This document shows positions 1 to 9,314 of a stretch of 64,000 nt of DNA, in pieces. Position numbers and translations under genes: made by a program. Below the pieces are notes generated by a model, which saw only the letters and a list, made by a program, of their open reading frames with translations, had not been told where the DNA came from and did no database searches. Each line of letters begins with the position of its first letter. Positions within the stretch are counted from its first letter, which is position 1. Source of the DNA: Planctomycetota bacterium (GTDB taxonomy: Bacteria > Planctomycetota > Planctomycetia > Pirellulales > Thermoguttaceae); contig JAKPGL010000016.1 of the NCBI GenBank assembly GCA_029550925.1, positions 1,734 to 65,733 of the forward strand. Reading direction: 5' to 3'.

Positions 1-303
1 GGCCAATGGACAGGCGCACAGCGAGGCGTCGGCTATAGCAGCATGTATCCGAACCTCTTTCCCGGCGGCGTCTCTTCGGACGCACCGATGCCGAGCGAAA
101 CTGAACCCACACCCGCCCCACCGCCCCCATCTCGGCCCGGGTGTTCGGAGTGCGGCAAAGGGCATCAAGTTCGGCTCCAGCGAATACCGGTTCCGCCGAG
201 CAGTAGTCAACAAAATTTCATGGATCCTCGGGTCTCTCCCACAGGGTACTCCAACCTGGCCCAACGCCCCCGCCAACCCTATCGGGATCCGGCGGCCCGG
301 TAA
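1..303 (+). CDS. Possible 3' end of a CDS entering from the left edge; Pro-rich tail, product unknown
   Basis: Frame 1 is open from nt 1 to TAA at 301-303 (GQWTGAQRGVGYSSMYPNLFPGG..PAPPPPSRPGCSECGKG..). Third codon positions are GC-rich. No recognisable domain, so it may be non-coding. Confidence 0.2.
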   Translation, partial: GQWTGAQRGVGYSSMYPNLFPGGVSSDAPMPSETEPTPAPPPPSRPGCSECGKGHQVRLQRIPVPPSSSQQNFMDPRVSPTGYSNLAQRPRQPYRDPAAR

Positions 304-716
304 AGAGAGCCGGTTGCATTGTGGGCCGTCAACCACTGTCGCTTGAAGCCTAGCATCATGATGCTATCGCAAGCGGTTGGAGGTCGGAGACGACAGCGCA
401 ACCGGCGCCGAATTTTCGGGCAAGCTCTTTTCCCTGCCTCTCCGGGATGGTAAAATCCACTTTCCTATACGTGGGGAGTGCAGACGGCGGCCAAATGACC
501 GTCAGTCCGCCCCATTGGCGTCCGGAGAGAGGTTTCGCCACCGTATAGGGAACATTTTCCCCTACCTGTTTAGCCCACCCAAAACGGAACCCACCTGGAA
601 CCGCTTTGCCAAACGTGCGGCAAAGCTCCCCTAGACAAGGCTTGGGAAAACGTCGTTGGTTTACACGCCCCTGTTGTGCGCCCTGGCAAACACTCTTTTT
701 ACAAAGGAGAGAGAAG

Positions 717-2867
717 ATGCCTGCTATGACCAGATGCTTGGTGTGGATCGTGCTTCTTACCGCGGCAGGAAGCCTATTGTCCCAAGGGGCGACCCTGGCG
801 GAGGAGAAACCAAGTGCCTATTCGGCGGACCTTTATGTAACGCCGGACGGCAACGACAGTTGGAGCGGGCGGTTGCCTGCGCCCAACGCCGACCGGACCG
901 ACGGCCCCTTGGCCAGCCCGCAAAAGGCAACCCAACTGGTTCGGCAACTCAAATCGGCCGAGCCGAACCGAAATCGGCCCGTTCGGGTGGCCTTTCGCGG
1001 CGGCGTATATGAACTGGCAAGCACCTGGGTTTTGGATCCGGCCGACTCCGGCGCCGCCGAAACCCCGGTCATCTACGAAGCCTATCCGGGCGAGCGCCCC
1101 ATCCTGAGCGGCGGCCGGCGGCTTAGCGGCTGGCAGGTGCAACCCGACGGCCGATGGACCCTCCAATTGCCAGAGGTGAAAGAAGGCAAATGGATTTTTG
1201 AACAGCTCTTCGTCAATGACCAGCGCCGCTTCACGCCCCGGTTGCCCAAAAAAGGCTACTATACGATCGCCAAACAAGTCCCCGCCACCGCAGACGCAGC
1301 GCCGCACGGCCATAACCGATTCGGTTTCCGGGGCGATGACATCCGGGCCGCTTGGGCCGGTACGGATGTTGAACTATTGGGCTTCCATCAGTGGTCGGCC
1401 AGCCGGCTTCGGATCGCCGCGGTGGACCCGGAGCAAAAGATCGTTACCCTGGCGGGGCCTTCGGTGGGCGCCAGTTACTGGGGCGCTTTTCCCGAAGGGC
1501 ACCGCTATCTGCTCTTTAACGTCAAAGACGCCCTCAGCGAACCGGGCGAATTCTATCTGGATCGGCAGACCGGCCAGTTGACCTATTTGCCCAAGCCGGG
1601 CGAAACGCTGGCATCGGCCGTCGTGGTCGCCCCCCGGCTGGATCAGCTTTTGGCCTTGGTGGGCGATGTGGCAGGCCGAAAATGGGTGCAATATGTACAG
1701 GTTCGGGGGTTGGACTTTGCCCACTCCAACTGGAGCTATCCGCCCGGCGGCGTTCGCCATCCGCAGGCCGAGGTGGGGTTAGAGTCGGCCATTTTGGCCC
1801 AAGGCGCACGGGAAGTGGTGTTTGAGGATTGTGCGGTTCGGCATACGGGCGGCTACGGGATGGCCTTTGGCATCGGCTGCCGGCAGATTCGGGTCGAACG
1901 CTGCGAGATGATCGACCTGGGCGGCGGCGGGGTGAAGATCGGCCATGCCGGCGCCGCCTCCTGGGCCGAAGCCCACCGGCAACCGGCCAACGAGGACGAA
2001 GAAGTCTCTCATATTACGGTTCGAGACTGCACGATTGCCTTTGGCGGCCGGTTGCACCCGGCGGCTGTTGGCGTATGGATCGGCCATAGCCCGCACAATC
2101 TCATTGAACATAATGACATCTATGATTTTTACTACACCGGCATTTCGGTCGGTTGGGTCTGGGGCTACGCCCCGAGCCGGGCGCATCATAACCGCATCCT
2201 TTTCAACCACATCCACACGATCGGCCAGGGCGTGCTTTCGGATATGGGCGGCGTCTATACCCTGGGCGTCTCGCCCGGCACGGTCGTCAGCAATAACCAC
2301 ATCCACGATGTCCATAGCTATAGCTACGGCGGCTGGGGCCTCTATACCGACGAAGGCTCCTCACAGATCGTGATGGAAAACAATCTGGTCTATCGGACCA
2401 AAACCGGCGGCTTCCACCAGCACTATGGCCGAGAAAACCGCATCCAGAACAATATCTTCGCCTTCGCCCTGGAGCAGCAGCTCCAGCGGACCCGCACCGA
2501 ACCGCACATCTCCTTCTATTTCGAGCGGAATATCGTCTATTGGACCCAGGGGGCGCTACTGGGCAGCAATTGGAACGACAATAACTTCCGCATGGATTGG
2601 AACTGCTACTGGAACGCCGAGGGCAAACCGGTGGTCTTCCCCGGCAACCTCTCGTTTGCCGAGTGGCAGGCCAAGCGGCAACAGGACCGAAACTCCATCA
2701 TTGCCGATCCCGGCTTTGTCGATCCCCAAAAGGGCGATTTTCGTCTCAAGCCGGATAGCCCTGTGCTAAAACTGGGCTTCAAGCCGTTCGATTACACGAA
2801 GGCCGGTCGGATCAGCCCAGCCAAGCTCGTAGGCCGCCTGCCCACGCCTCCCAAGGCGTTCGATTAA
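717..2867 (+). CDS. Secreted right-handed parallel beta-helix (PbH1) repeat protein, probably a polysaccharide-active enzyme
   Basis: The ORF runs 606-2867. An internal ATG at 717 follows AAAGGAGAGAGAAG and opens a signal-peptide-like [28 protein letters not shown]. Repeated beta-helix turns are visible ([35 protein letters not shown]). Confidence 0.75.
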   Translation: MPAMTRCLVWIVLLTAAGSLLSQGATLAEEKPSAYSADLYVTPDGNDSWSGRLPAPNADRTDGPLASPQKATQLVRQLKSAEPNRNRPVRVAFRGGVYELASTWVLDPADSGAAETPVIYEAYPGERPILSGGRRLSGWQVQPDGRWTLQLPEVKEGKWIFEQLFVNDQRRFTPRLPKKGYYTIAKQVPATADAAPHGHNRFGFRGDDIRAAWAGTDVELLGFHQWSASRLRIAAVDPEQKIVTLAGPSVGASYWGAFPEGHRYLLFNVKDALSEPGEFYLDRQTGQLTYLPKPGETLASAVVVAPRLDQLLALVGDVAGRKWVQYVQVRGLDFAHSNWSYPPGGVRHPQAEVGLESAILAQGAREVVFEDCAVRHTGGYGMAFGIGCRQIRVERCEMIDLGGGGVKIGHAGAASWAEAHRQPANEDEEVSHITVRDCTIAFGGRLHPAAVGVWIGHSPHNLIEHNDIYDFYYTGISVGWVWGYAPSRAHHNRILFNHIHTIGQGVLSDMGGVYTLGVSPGTVVSNNHIHDVHSYSYGGWGLYTDEGSSQIVMENNLVYRTKTGGFHQHYGRENRIQNNIFAFALEQQLQRTRTEPHISFYFERNIVYWTQGALLGSNWNDNNFRMDWNCYWNAEGKPVVFPGNLSFAEWQAKRQQDRNSIIADPGFVDPQKGDFRLKPDSPVLKLGFKPFDYTKAGRISPAKLVGRLPTPPKAFD

Positions 2868-3179
2868 CGCCGGAAAATCAAGCCGGCCCCTATTACATAG
2901 GCTGTTCCTGGGTAAAAAATGATCCGTAAAGAAGTGGTTTAGAAGTGGAGGACTACCAGCCGTTGTTTCGAATGCCGTTCCGAGGCTATTTCGGAGGCTA
3001 TTTTTTGTGGATCATTTTAAGATGGCTGAAACTGCTTGAGGCTTTCCGGCCGCCTTGGCGCCCATACAGCCTTATTTCAGTTTCTGGCTTCTTCGGTGGT
3101 GTAACTCGTCCAAAGGAAGTATTCTTTCTTAGGGCCGGGACAAGGTCCGTGTCCATACTTCGGCAGTGGCCTCTTTCGG

Positions 3180-3389
3180 CTACATCAATACGTGGATGAG
3201 AACGGCGAGGGCAACCGGAATCGTCATCCCGATCACAATCATCACAAGACAGCCACGTCCTGTGATCATTCTGCCAATTTTCCTTTGTCGTCCGCTTTTG
3301 GTTAGTGGAATACCTATGGATCGAGAAATCCTAGACTTTGCTGCGGATATCCCGAGGAATCTCTTCCACGAAAAGCCACCTCGGTTCAT
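3180..3389 (-). CDS. Small, very basic, tail-anchored membrane protein (69 aa), hypothetical
   Basis: The minus-strand ATG at 3389 has AGGAGG 9 nt upstream. The protein is MNRGGFSWKRFLGISAAKSRISRSIGIPLTKSGRQRKIGRMITGRGCLVMIVIGMTIPVALAVLIHVLM: an Arg/Lys-rich N-half followed by one C-terminal hydrophobic helix. Confidence 0.45.
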   Translation of the reverse strand: MNRGGFSWKRFLGISAAKSRISRSIGIPLTKSGRQRKIGRMITGRGCLVMIVIGMTIPVALAVLIHVLM

Positions 3390-3421
3390 GTTAAACTTCC
3401 TCCTCTTGCCTAATCCGTTAG

Positions 3422-3615
3422 GGAACATTTCAGCCGAATGCAGAGGAGGCTGATTTTATGGCGGAAATTGCCCGGAATTGTCATTCCCGCGAAAGCTCTC
3501 AATCCAGGGTCCTATAAGGCGGCACATTGTTATTCCTCCCAAGCAGCGGCTCCAAGAAGCCTAGATTCCTGCTTGCGCAGGAATGACAAGGTACTGCATT
3601 CGGCTAAAATGTTTC
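3422..3615 (-). mobile_element. MITE-like palindromic repeat, copy 1 (inverted relative to the reference copy at 52532)
   Basis: The termini GGAACATTTCAGCCGAATGCAG and CTGCATTCGGCTAAAATGTTTC are inverted repeats. The reverse complement aligns along its full length with copies at 14948, 37644 and 52532, at roughly 80-90% identity by eye. No clear target duplication. Confidence 0.8.
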
Positions 3616-3633
3616 GGAACAAGAAGCATAGGT

Positions 3634-4980
3634 TTAATTTAGGGATTTTAGCACTTGGACGGCTTGGTGGGCCAGTTGCTGGGCGTCGGCTTCGGCGCGG
3701 GCCTCGGCCACGATGCGGCAGATGGGTTCCGTATTGCTGGGGCGTACCAGGAGCCAACGGTCGGGCCAATCCAGGCGCAGGCCGTCCAGCCGATCCGCCC
3801 GACTGTCCGAAAAATGCCGTTCTAGCCGATCCAATGCGTCCCGCACTTTGCCCGGCTCCAGGGGGACTTTGGTTTTGATGATTTCATAGCGGGGCAATTG
3901 CTCGGCCAAGGCGGCCGCCGACAGGCCGGTCTGGGCCATCGCCTCCAGCACCAGGGCCATGCCGACCAAACTGTCCCGCACATAGCCGACGCGGGGATCG
4001 ATCGGGCCGCCATTGCCTTCGCCGCCGAATAGGGCGTCTTTGGCCAGCATGAGATCCACGACGTGCGGCTCGCCCACCGGAGATCGAAAGAAGGGGACAT
4101 CGTATTTTCGGGCCAAGTCTTCGATCATTCGGCTGGTGGAGCAATTGGTTACGATGGGGCCTTTTCGGGTTTTCAGGACATGATCCACGCAGAGGGCCAG
4201 GGTGGCTTCTTCGCCGAGGTAGCGGCCGGTGGCATCGAGGATGGCCAGCCGATCGGCGTCTGGGTCCTGGGCAAAGGCGATGTCCACGCCGGATTGGCGG
4301 ACCAGGGTAGAAAGACTGACGAGGTTTTCGGCAGTCGGTTCTGGGGGATGTTCGAATTGGCCGTCCGCCTGGCCGCCCACTAGCACCACCTGACAACCCA
4401 GGGCGTCCAGGAGACGACGGCCTGCTTCGGCGCCGGCACCGTGGTTGGCGTCCAGAAGGACCTTAAACGAGCGGGCACGGATCTGCTGGGCATCCACCAC
4501 GGCCAGCACCGCCTCGATATGGGGGGCGATTGGGTCTGGACAAGGCTGTCCAACGCCGATCCGGTGCCAGGGAACCCATTCGCCAGGGCCTCGGCGATAC
4601 CCCTCCAGCACCTGTTGGCCGAAGTGGTTGGGCACAATCCGGCCTTCGGAAGCGAAAAGTTTCAGACCGTTGTATTCGAGCGGATTGTGGCTAGCTGAGA
4701 TCATGACCCCACCGGCTGCTTGGTGCTTTCGCACCAAAACCCCTAAGGTGGGGGTAGGGACAATGCCGGCTTGAAAGGTGTTTCGACCGGCGGCGTGCAG
4801 GGCGGCCAAGACAGCCTCCTGGAGCATCAGGCCGCTGGGTCGGCTATCCCGGCCAACAACGATCGGCCCGGCCGGCGCCAGCCGGGCAAAAGCCGCCGCA
4901 TACCGCAATGCCGCCTCCGGCGTCAAGTGCTGTCCGACAATCCCACGCAAACCAGAAACACTGATGATCAGATGGGCCAT
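3634..4980 (-). CDS. Alpha-D-phosphohexomutase (phosphoglucosamine/phosphomanno/phosphoglucomutase family)
   Basis: 448 aa. The N-terminus has SVSGLRGIVG, the active-site loop is ISASHNPLEYNGLKLF and the metal loop is AQDPDADR. Confidence 0.85.
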   Translation of the reverse strand: MAHLIISVSGLRGIVGQHLTPEAALRYAAAFARLAPAGPIVVGRDSRPSGLMLQEAVLAALHAAGRNTFQAGIVPTPTLGVLVRKHQAAGGVMISASHNPLEYNGLKLFASEGRIVPNHFGQQVLEGYRRGPGEWVPWHRIGVGQPCPDPIAPHIEAVLAVVDAQQIRARSFKVLLDANHGAGAEAGRRLLDALGCQVVLVGGQADGQFEHPPEPTAENLVSLSTLVRQSGVDIAFAQDPDADRLAILDATGRYLGEEATLALCVDHVLKTRKGPIVTNCSTSRMIEDLARKYDVPFFRSPVGEPHVVDLMLAKDALFGGEGNGGPIDPRVGYVRDSLVGMALVLEAMAQTGLSAAALAEQLPRYEIIKTKVPLEPGKVRDALDRLERHFSDSRADRLDGLRLDWPDRWLLVRPSNTEPICRIVAEARAEADAQQLAHQAVQVLKSLN

Positions 4981-5144
4981 GCCGCTGCTCTCCTGCCAAC
5001 GTCCTCCAAAGCCATAGTATAGACCAAAACCTAGGGGCCTAAAAGCGCCGGCGCACCGGGGGACTCCCGTCTGTCAGTCAGGCTTGATTAGCCCTGCCTA
5101 CGAGGCATCCAGGGGGGTGGGGGAACGTCTGGACATTTGGACTG

Positions 5145-5232
5145 CCGCTTGCGAGGAAATGACAATAAGGAACCAGAGGGGAATGAGAACTAAAAACCAG
5201 ATAGGAACAGCCGACCTCTTCCTTCGGCAGGA
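5145..5232 (+). repeat. Decayed fragment resembling the right arm of the MITE family
   Basis: CCGCTTGCGAGGAAATGACAATAAGG matches the family segment GCTTGCGCGGGAATGACAATACAGG. Further downstream, CCTCTTCCTTCGGC matches CCTCCTTTGGATTCGGC. No left arm and no terminal repeat are present. Confidence 0.3.
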
Positions 5233-5495
5233 GTGGTATAACAAAAGGGTTTCAGAGTCCGTACCTCTTTTCTTCGCTCTGGAATTGGGCAAAATGATGT
5301 TTTCGGAACGAGGGGCAGGAATACCTAGAAACATTAACTTAGGCGATTTGGGTGGTTTGGGAAGTTTAGGGCGGCGTTTGTTAGTGCTTTCGGTTTAAAG
5401 GGGCTAAGGTTGTTTTGTGGTTGGGGGAGGGGTTCCAAGTGGGGGGCGGCGAGACAGATGTATTTTGGAAATCACCCGATGGAAAGGAGTTGACC

Positions 5496-7358
5496 ATGAA
5501 ACGGAAAGAAGAGCGACTCGATCTTCAGGAGATATTGGCCCTTTTGGACCAGGCCGCTGCGGCCGGAAAGCTATCGGCCAGTGCGGCGTCCTTTATCCGC
5601 ACCTGGCTGACCGAACCTGCCTACGCCGAGTACGCTCCCTTGGTGGCCGAGCACATCCAACAAGGCCGCTGGGCCCAATTGGATGAGGTCTTCTGGCAGG
5701 TGATCCCGTTCGGCACTGGCGGTCGTCGCGGCAAGATGTACCCTATCGGAACCAATGCGATCAACCATCGGACCATGGCCGAGTCTGCCCAAGGAATGGC
5801 CGACTACGTAACCGACTATATCCGTTCCCATCCGACCGGAGAGCCGCTCCGTTGTGCGATTGCCTACGACACCCGGCATCGGTCGCCGGAATTTGCGCGG
5901 TTGTGTGCGGAGGTAATGGCGGCCAACGGGTTTCGGGTCTATTTTTTGGAGGGTTTCCGCAGTACGCCGGAGCTGTCGTTCGCTGTGCGGTACAAAAAAT
6001 GTTCGTGCGGCCTGATGATCACCGCAAGCCATAATCCGCCGGAGGACAATGCGATCAAGGTGTATTGGTCCACGGGGGGCCAATTGCTGCCGCCGCACGA
6101 CGAGGGGGTCATTCGGCGGGTGATGGCCGTGCGAGAAATTCGCCGGGTGGATTTCCAGCAGGCCGTAGCTGAGGGCAAAATCCTCATCTGCCAGGAGGAA
6201 GTGGATGCGGCGTTTCAGCGGGCGGTGCTGGAGCAAAGTCGGCCTGGGCCTCGGGAGCTGAAGATTCTCTATTCGCCGCTTCATGGCGTGGGGACTTCGG
6301 CGGTGGTCCCGGTGCTGGAAGCGGATGGATTTAGGCAGGTGGAAGTGTTTGGTCCTCATGCGGCGCCGGACGGCGATTTTCCGAACGTGCCCCGCCATGT
6401 GGCCAATCCGGAAAACGCCGAGGTATTTAATGCGATGATCGAATATGCCCGGAGCCACGGGTTTGAGCTGATTTTGGCCACCGATCCGGACTGCGATCGG
6501 GTCGGGTGTGCGGCGCCGGTTCGATGGGAACAAGGCGCCCCCTGGCAAACCCTGACCGGCAACCAGATCGGCGCCCTGTTGGCCGAGTATTTACTCCAGC
6601 AGGCCAAGCAGGCAGGCCGACTGACGCCGAACCATTATGTGGTCAAAACGGCCGTTACCACGGAGCTGATCCGGCGGATTGCCGAGGCGTATGGGGTCCG
6701 GTGTGTGGGGGACCTTTTGGTGGGCTTTAAGTGGATCGGCGGGGTGATCGACGAGATGGGGGCGGAGGGCTTTGTGCTGGGCGCCGAGGAATCCTATGGT
6801 TTCTTGATCGGGGCCCATGCGCGGGACAAAGACGCCGCCGTTGCGTCGATGGTGCTTGCGGAGCTGGCGGCCCAGGCCAAAGCAGCCGGTCAAACCCTGT
6901 ACCAAAAGTTGCACGAACTTTTCCGTCGGTACGGTTGCCATCAGGAGTCGGCTTTTTCCGAGCAGATGCCTGGGGCGGAAGGGATGCAAAAAATGCAAGC
7001 CCTGATGAACCGCCTGAGAACCCAGACGCCGGCCCGGATCGGCCAATTTCCGGTAACGGCGGTGCGGGACTTCCTCCAGGGGCTTCGCACCGAGCCGGGC
7101 CGATCCCCCCAACCCTATTCAACGCCTCAAAAAGGCGATATGCTATTCTTCGATCTCCTGGATCCGGCTGAGCCGGGAATTGCCTATCAGGCGGCAGTTC
7201 GGCCCTCGGGCACCGAGCCGAAAGTAAAATTTTATTTATTTGCCTATCAGCCGCCGAACATGCAGGACGATATGAAATCGGCGGTTTCGAGTTTGCAGGA
7301 CCGATTGGCCAATCTCCGGGCGGATCTGAAAGGATATGTAAAGCAGGTGGTAGAGTAA
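5496..7358 (+). CDS. Large phospho-sugar mutase (PGM/PMM-type alpha-D-phosphohexomutase)
   Basis: The ORF runs 5415-7358. ATG at 5496 follows GGAAAGGAG. Motifs FGTGGRRGKM, ITASHNPPEDNAIKVY and ATDPDCDR are present. Confidence 0.85.
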   Translation: MKRKEERLDLQEILALLDQAAAAGKLSASAASFIRTWLTEPAYAEYAPLVAEHIQQGRWAQLDEVFWQVIPFGTGGRRGKMYPIGTNAINHRTMAESAQGMADYVTDYIRSHPTGEPLRCAIAYDTRHRSPEFARLCAEVMAANGFRVYFLEGFRSTPELSFAVRYKKCSCGLMITASHNPPEDNAIKVYWSTGGQLLPPHDEGVIRRVMAVREIRRVDFQQAVAEGKILICQEEVDAAFQRAVLEQSRPGPRELKILYSPLHGVGTSAVVPVLEADGFRQVEVFGPHAAPDGDFPNVPRHVANPENAEVFNAMIEYARSHGFELILATDPDCDRVGCAAPVRWEQGAPWQTLTGNQIGALLAEYLLQQAKQAGRLTPNHYVVKTAVTTELIRRIAEAYGVRCVGDLLVGFKWIGGVIDEMGAEGFVLGAEESYGFLIGAHARDKDAAVASMVLAELAAQAKAAGQTLYQKLHELFRRYGCHQESAFSEQMPGAEGMQKMQALMNRLRTQTPARIGQFPVTAVRDFLQGLRTEPGRSPQPYSTPQKGDMLFFDLLDPAEPGIAYQAAVRPSGTEPKVKFYLFAYQPPNMQDDMKSAVSSLQDRLANLRADLKGYVKQVVE

Positions 7359-7479
7359 TCTCGTCCGTGTTTGGCGGCTCATCCCCCTTGGTCGGCAACA
7401 GCCCGACGGAGGCGGCGGGCTGGTCGAGGGACCACAAGGAGAATTTTTGTTTAAACTTGCGAGGGGGCCGTAGGCTTCG

Positions 7480-8436
7480 ATGCGACTGATCATGATGGGG
7501 ACCGGCCCATTTGGGGCGCCGACGTTTCGAGAGCTTTTCGACACGCACCACCAGGTGCTTCTGCTGGTTACCGGGCCAGTGCGTCCGGCGTCTGGCCGAG
7601 CAGCGCCGCCGGCTTCCCCGATGCGGGACATCGCCCACGAACACGGGATACCCATTTTCGCCCCGGAAAATATAAACACCCCAGAGGCTCAAGCCCAGCT
7701 AGCCGCCTGCGGCGCTGATCTGTTGATCGTTTGCGACTATGGTCAAATTCTTTCGGCCCAGACGTTGGCGACGGCTCGGTTGGGCGGCATGAATCTGCAC
7801 GGTTCGTTGTTGCCCAAATATCGGGGGGCCGCGCCGATCAACTGGGCACTTTATCACGGCGAAACCGAAACCGGGGTAAGCGTCATCCACATGACGCCGG
7901 AGGTGGACGCCGGCCCTTGCGTCGGCCAGGTGCGAGTGCCCATCCATCCGGATGAAACCGCCGTGGAGTTGGAACGTCGGTTGGCCGAGATCGGCGCCTG
8001 GTTGGTACGCCGGGTGTTGGACAACATGGAGGCCGGGCAACTCGAAGCCCTTCCGCAGGACCCTTCCCAGGCCTCGAAAGCCCCTCGGCTTAAAAAAGAA
8101 CACGGTCTCATCGACTGGTCCCGACCAGCCCTGGCCATCAAAAATCACGTGCGGGCCATGGAACCCTGGCCGAAATGCTACACCTATTGGCTTCGGCCCA
8201 ACGGCGAACCGCTCCGCTTGATCCTCGGCCCCGTCCAAGTGTTGCCGCCGGAAAAATACCCCAAAGCAGAACCGGGAACCGTACTGGCCGTGGAGCCGGA
8301 CCTGCTGGTCGTAAGCGCCGGCGACGGGCCGGTAGGGATTACCTGCGTGCAGCCGGCGGGGAAGAAGATGCTTCCGGCCCGGGCGTTTTGGTGCGGTTAT
8401 CGGATTCAACCTGGGGACCGGCTTGGGTCCGGCTGA
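7480..8436 (+). CDS. fmt: Methionyl-tRNA formyltransferase
   Basis: 318 aa starting MRLIMMGTGPFGAPTF. Contains the formyltransferase core NLHGSLLPKYRGAAPINWALYHGETETGVSVIHM and a C-terminal Fmt domain. Confidence 0.9.
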   Translation: MRLIMMGTGPFGAPTFRELFDTHHQVLLLVTGPVRPASGRAAPPASPMRDIAHEHGIPIFAPENINTPEAQAQLAACGADLLIVCDYGQILSAQTLATARLGGMNLHGSLLPKYRGAAPINWALYHGETETGVSVIHMTPEVDAGPCVGQVRVPIHPDETAVELERRLAEIGAWLVRRVLDNMEAGQLEALPQDPSQASKAPRLKKEHGLIDWSRPALAIKNHVRAMEPWPKCYTYWLRPNGEPLRLILGPVQVLPPEKYPKAEPGTVLAVEPDLLVVSAGDGPVGITCVQPAGKKMLPARAFWCGYRIQPGDRLGSG

Positions 8437-9314
8437 AAACGTTTGATCAACGTAACCTGGTTCCCTTTTTCGTTGTAGCGGACCTCATCCATGAAACTCC
8501 GCATGAGGAGGATTCCGCGGCCGCTGCATTTTTCCAGGTTGGCGGCGTCCGTAGGATCGGGCAGACCATGGGGATCGAAGCCGGGGCCTTCGTCCGCGAT
8601 GACAAACCGCGCTTCTTCCGCACTGAGAGCGGCTTCCAAAGAGACTTTGCGGAAACAGTAGGGCGGCGTAGATCGCCGCTGGGTCAACAGGGTTTGAAAC
8701 GCCTTTTCATCCATATCTTTCAGTTGGGAACTTAATTCAAGATTGCCGTGGATGATGGCGTTTGAAATCGCTTCTTCCAGGGCTACGCCGATGCGGGTCC
8801 GTTCGGTGGGGTCGTTCACGCCCAGTTGGGCAAGGTTTTCTTGCAAATATCCCACCAACGGGCCGATCAAGCTCAGGTCATTTTCCAGCAGGAATACGCA
8901 AGAGCTTTCGGTGATACAGCCGAGCAGACGGGTAGGCAAATGCTCTTGGCGGGCGGCGGCAAGGACTTTGGCGACGGTCTGCAAGAGGTGGTCGGCCAGG
9001 CGGTGTTTGGAAATATAACTGACTGCTCCTCGGCGGAGGGCCTCCACGGCGGCCTGTTCACTGCCCCGAGAAGTCAGCAGGATGACCGGCGCCGCGGGAT
9101 AGCGGCGGTGGATATGTTCGACCAATTGCAGGCCGTCCAGGATCGGCATGACCAGATCGGTGATCACCAGGTCCGGAACCATCTGGGCCAGTTTTTCCAG
9201 GGCCTCTGCGCCGTTGGAAGCGCATTCTACTTGCAGTTCCGGATCGGCCCGCAGCAAACCTGCGATATACTGACGATCCGTTCCGGAGTCGTCCACCAGC
9301 AGAATCTTAGGCAT
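8406..9314 (-). CDS. Response-regulator receiver fused to an RsbW/SpoIIAB-like HATPase_c domain
   Basis: The N-terminal REC domain shows KILLVDDSGTD and PDLVITDLVMPILDG. The C-terminal ATP-binding fold shows EEAISNAIIHGN, ADEGPGFD and GRGILLMRSFMDEV. The start overlaps the upstream kinase stop (ATGCCTAA). Confidence 0.8.
   Translation of the reverse strand: MPKILLVDDSGTDRQYIAGLLRADPELQVECASNGAEALEKLAQMVPDLVITDLVMPILDGLQLVEHIHRRYPAAPVILLTSRGSEQAAVEALRRGAVSYISKHRLADHLLQTVAKVLAAARQEHLPTRLLGCITESSCVFLLENDLSLIGPLVGYLQENLAQLGVNDPTERTRIGVALEEAISNAIIHGNLELSSQLKDMDEKAFQTLLTQRRSTPPYCFRKVSLEAALSAEEARFVIADEGPGFDPHGLPDPTDAANLEKCSGRGILLMRSFMDEVRYNEKGNQVTLIKRFQPDPSRSPG

Noticed and set aside
606-716. N-terminal extensions of the ORF-track calls (606, 5415, 13608, 15078, 20386, 20502, 22549, 24865, 26099, 41974, 44164, 52731, 52910 and 55715).
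   Set aside because: In each case an internal ATG or GTG has a Shine-Dalgarno-like purine run 6-10 nt upstream. It also begins either a signal peptide or the conserved family N-terminus. Several of the extensions run through MITE copies or overlap the upstream gene.
2945-3199. An 84-aa plus-strand ORF in the spacer after the beta-helix gene.
   Set aside because: It has no RBS, an odd composition (FGGYF repeats, Trp/Arg-rich) and overlaps the 3' end of the better-supported minus-strand micro-ORF. It is probably spurious.
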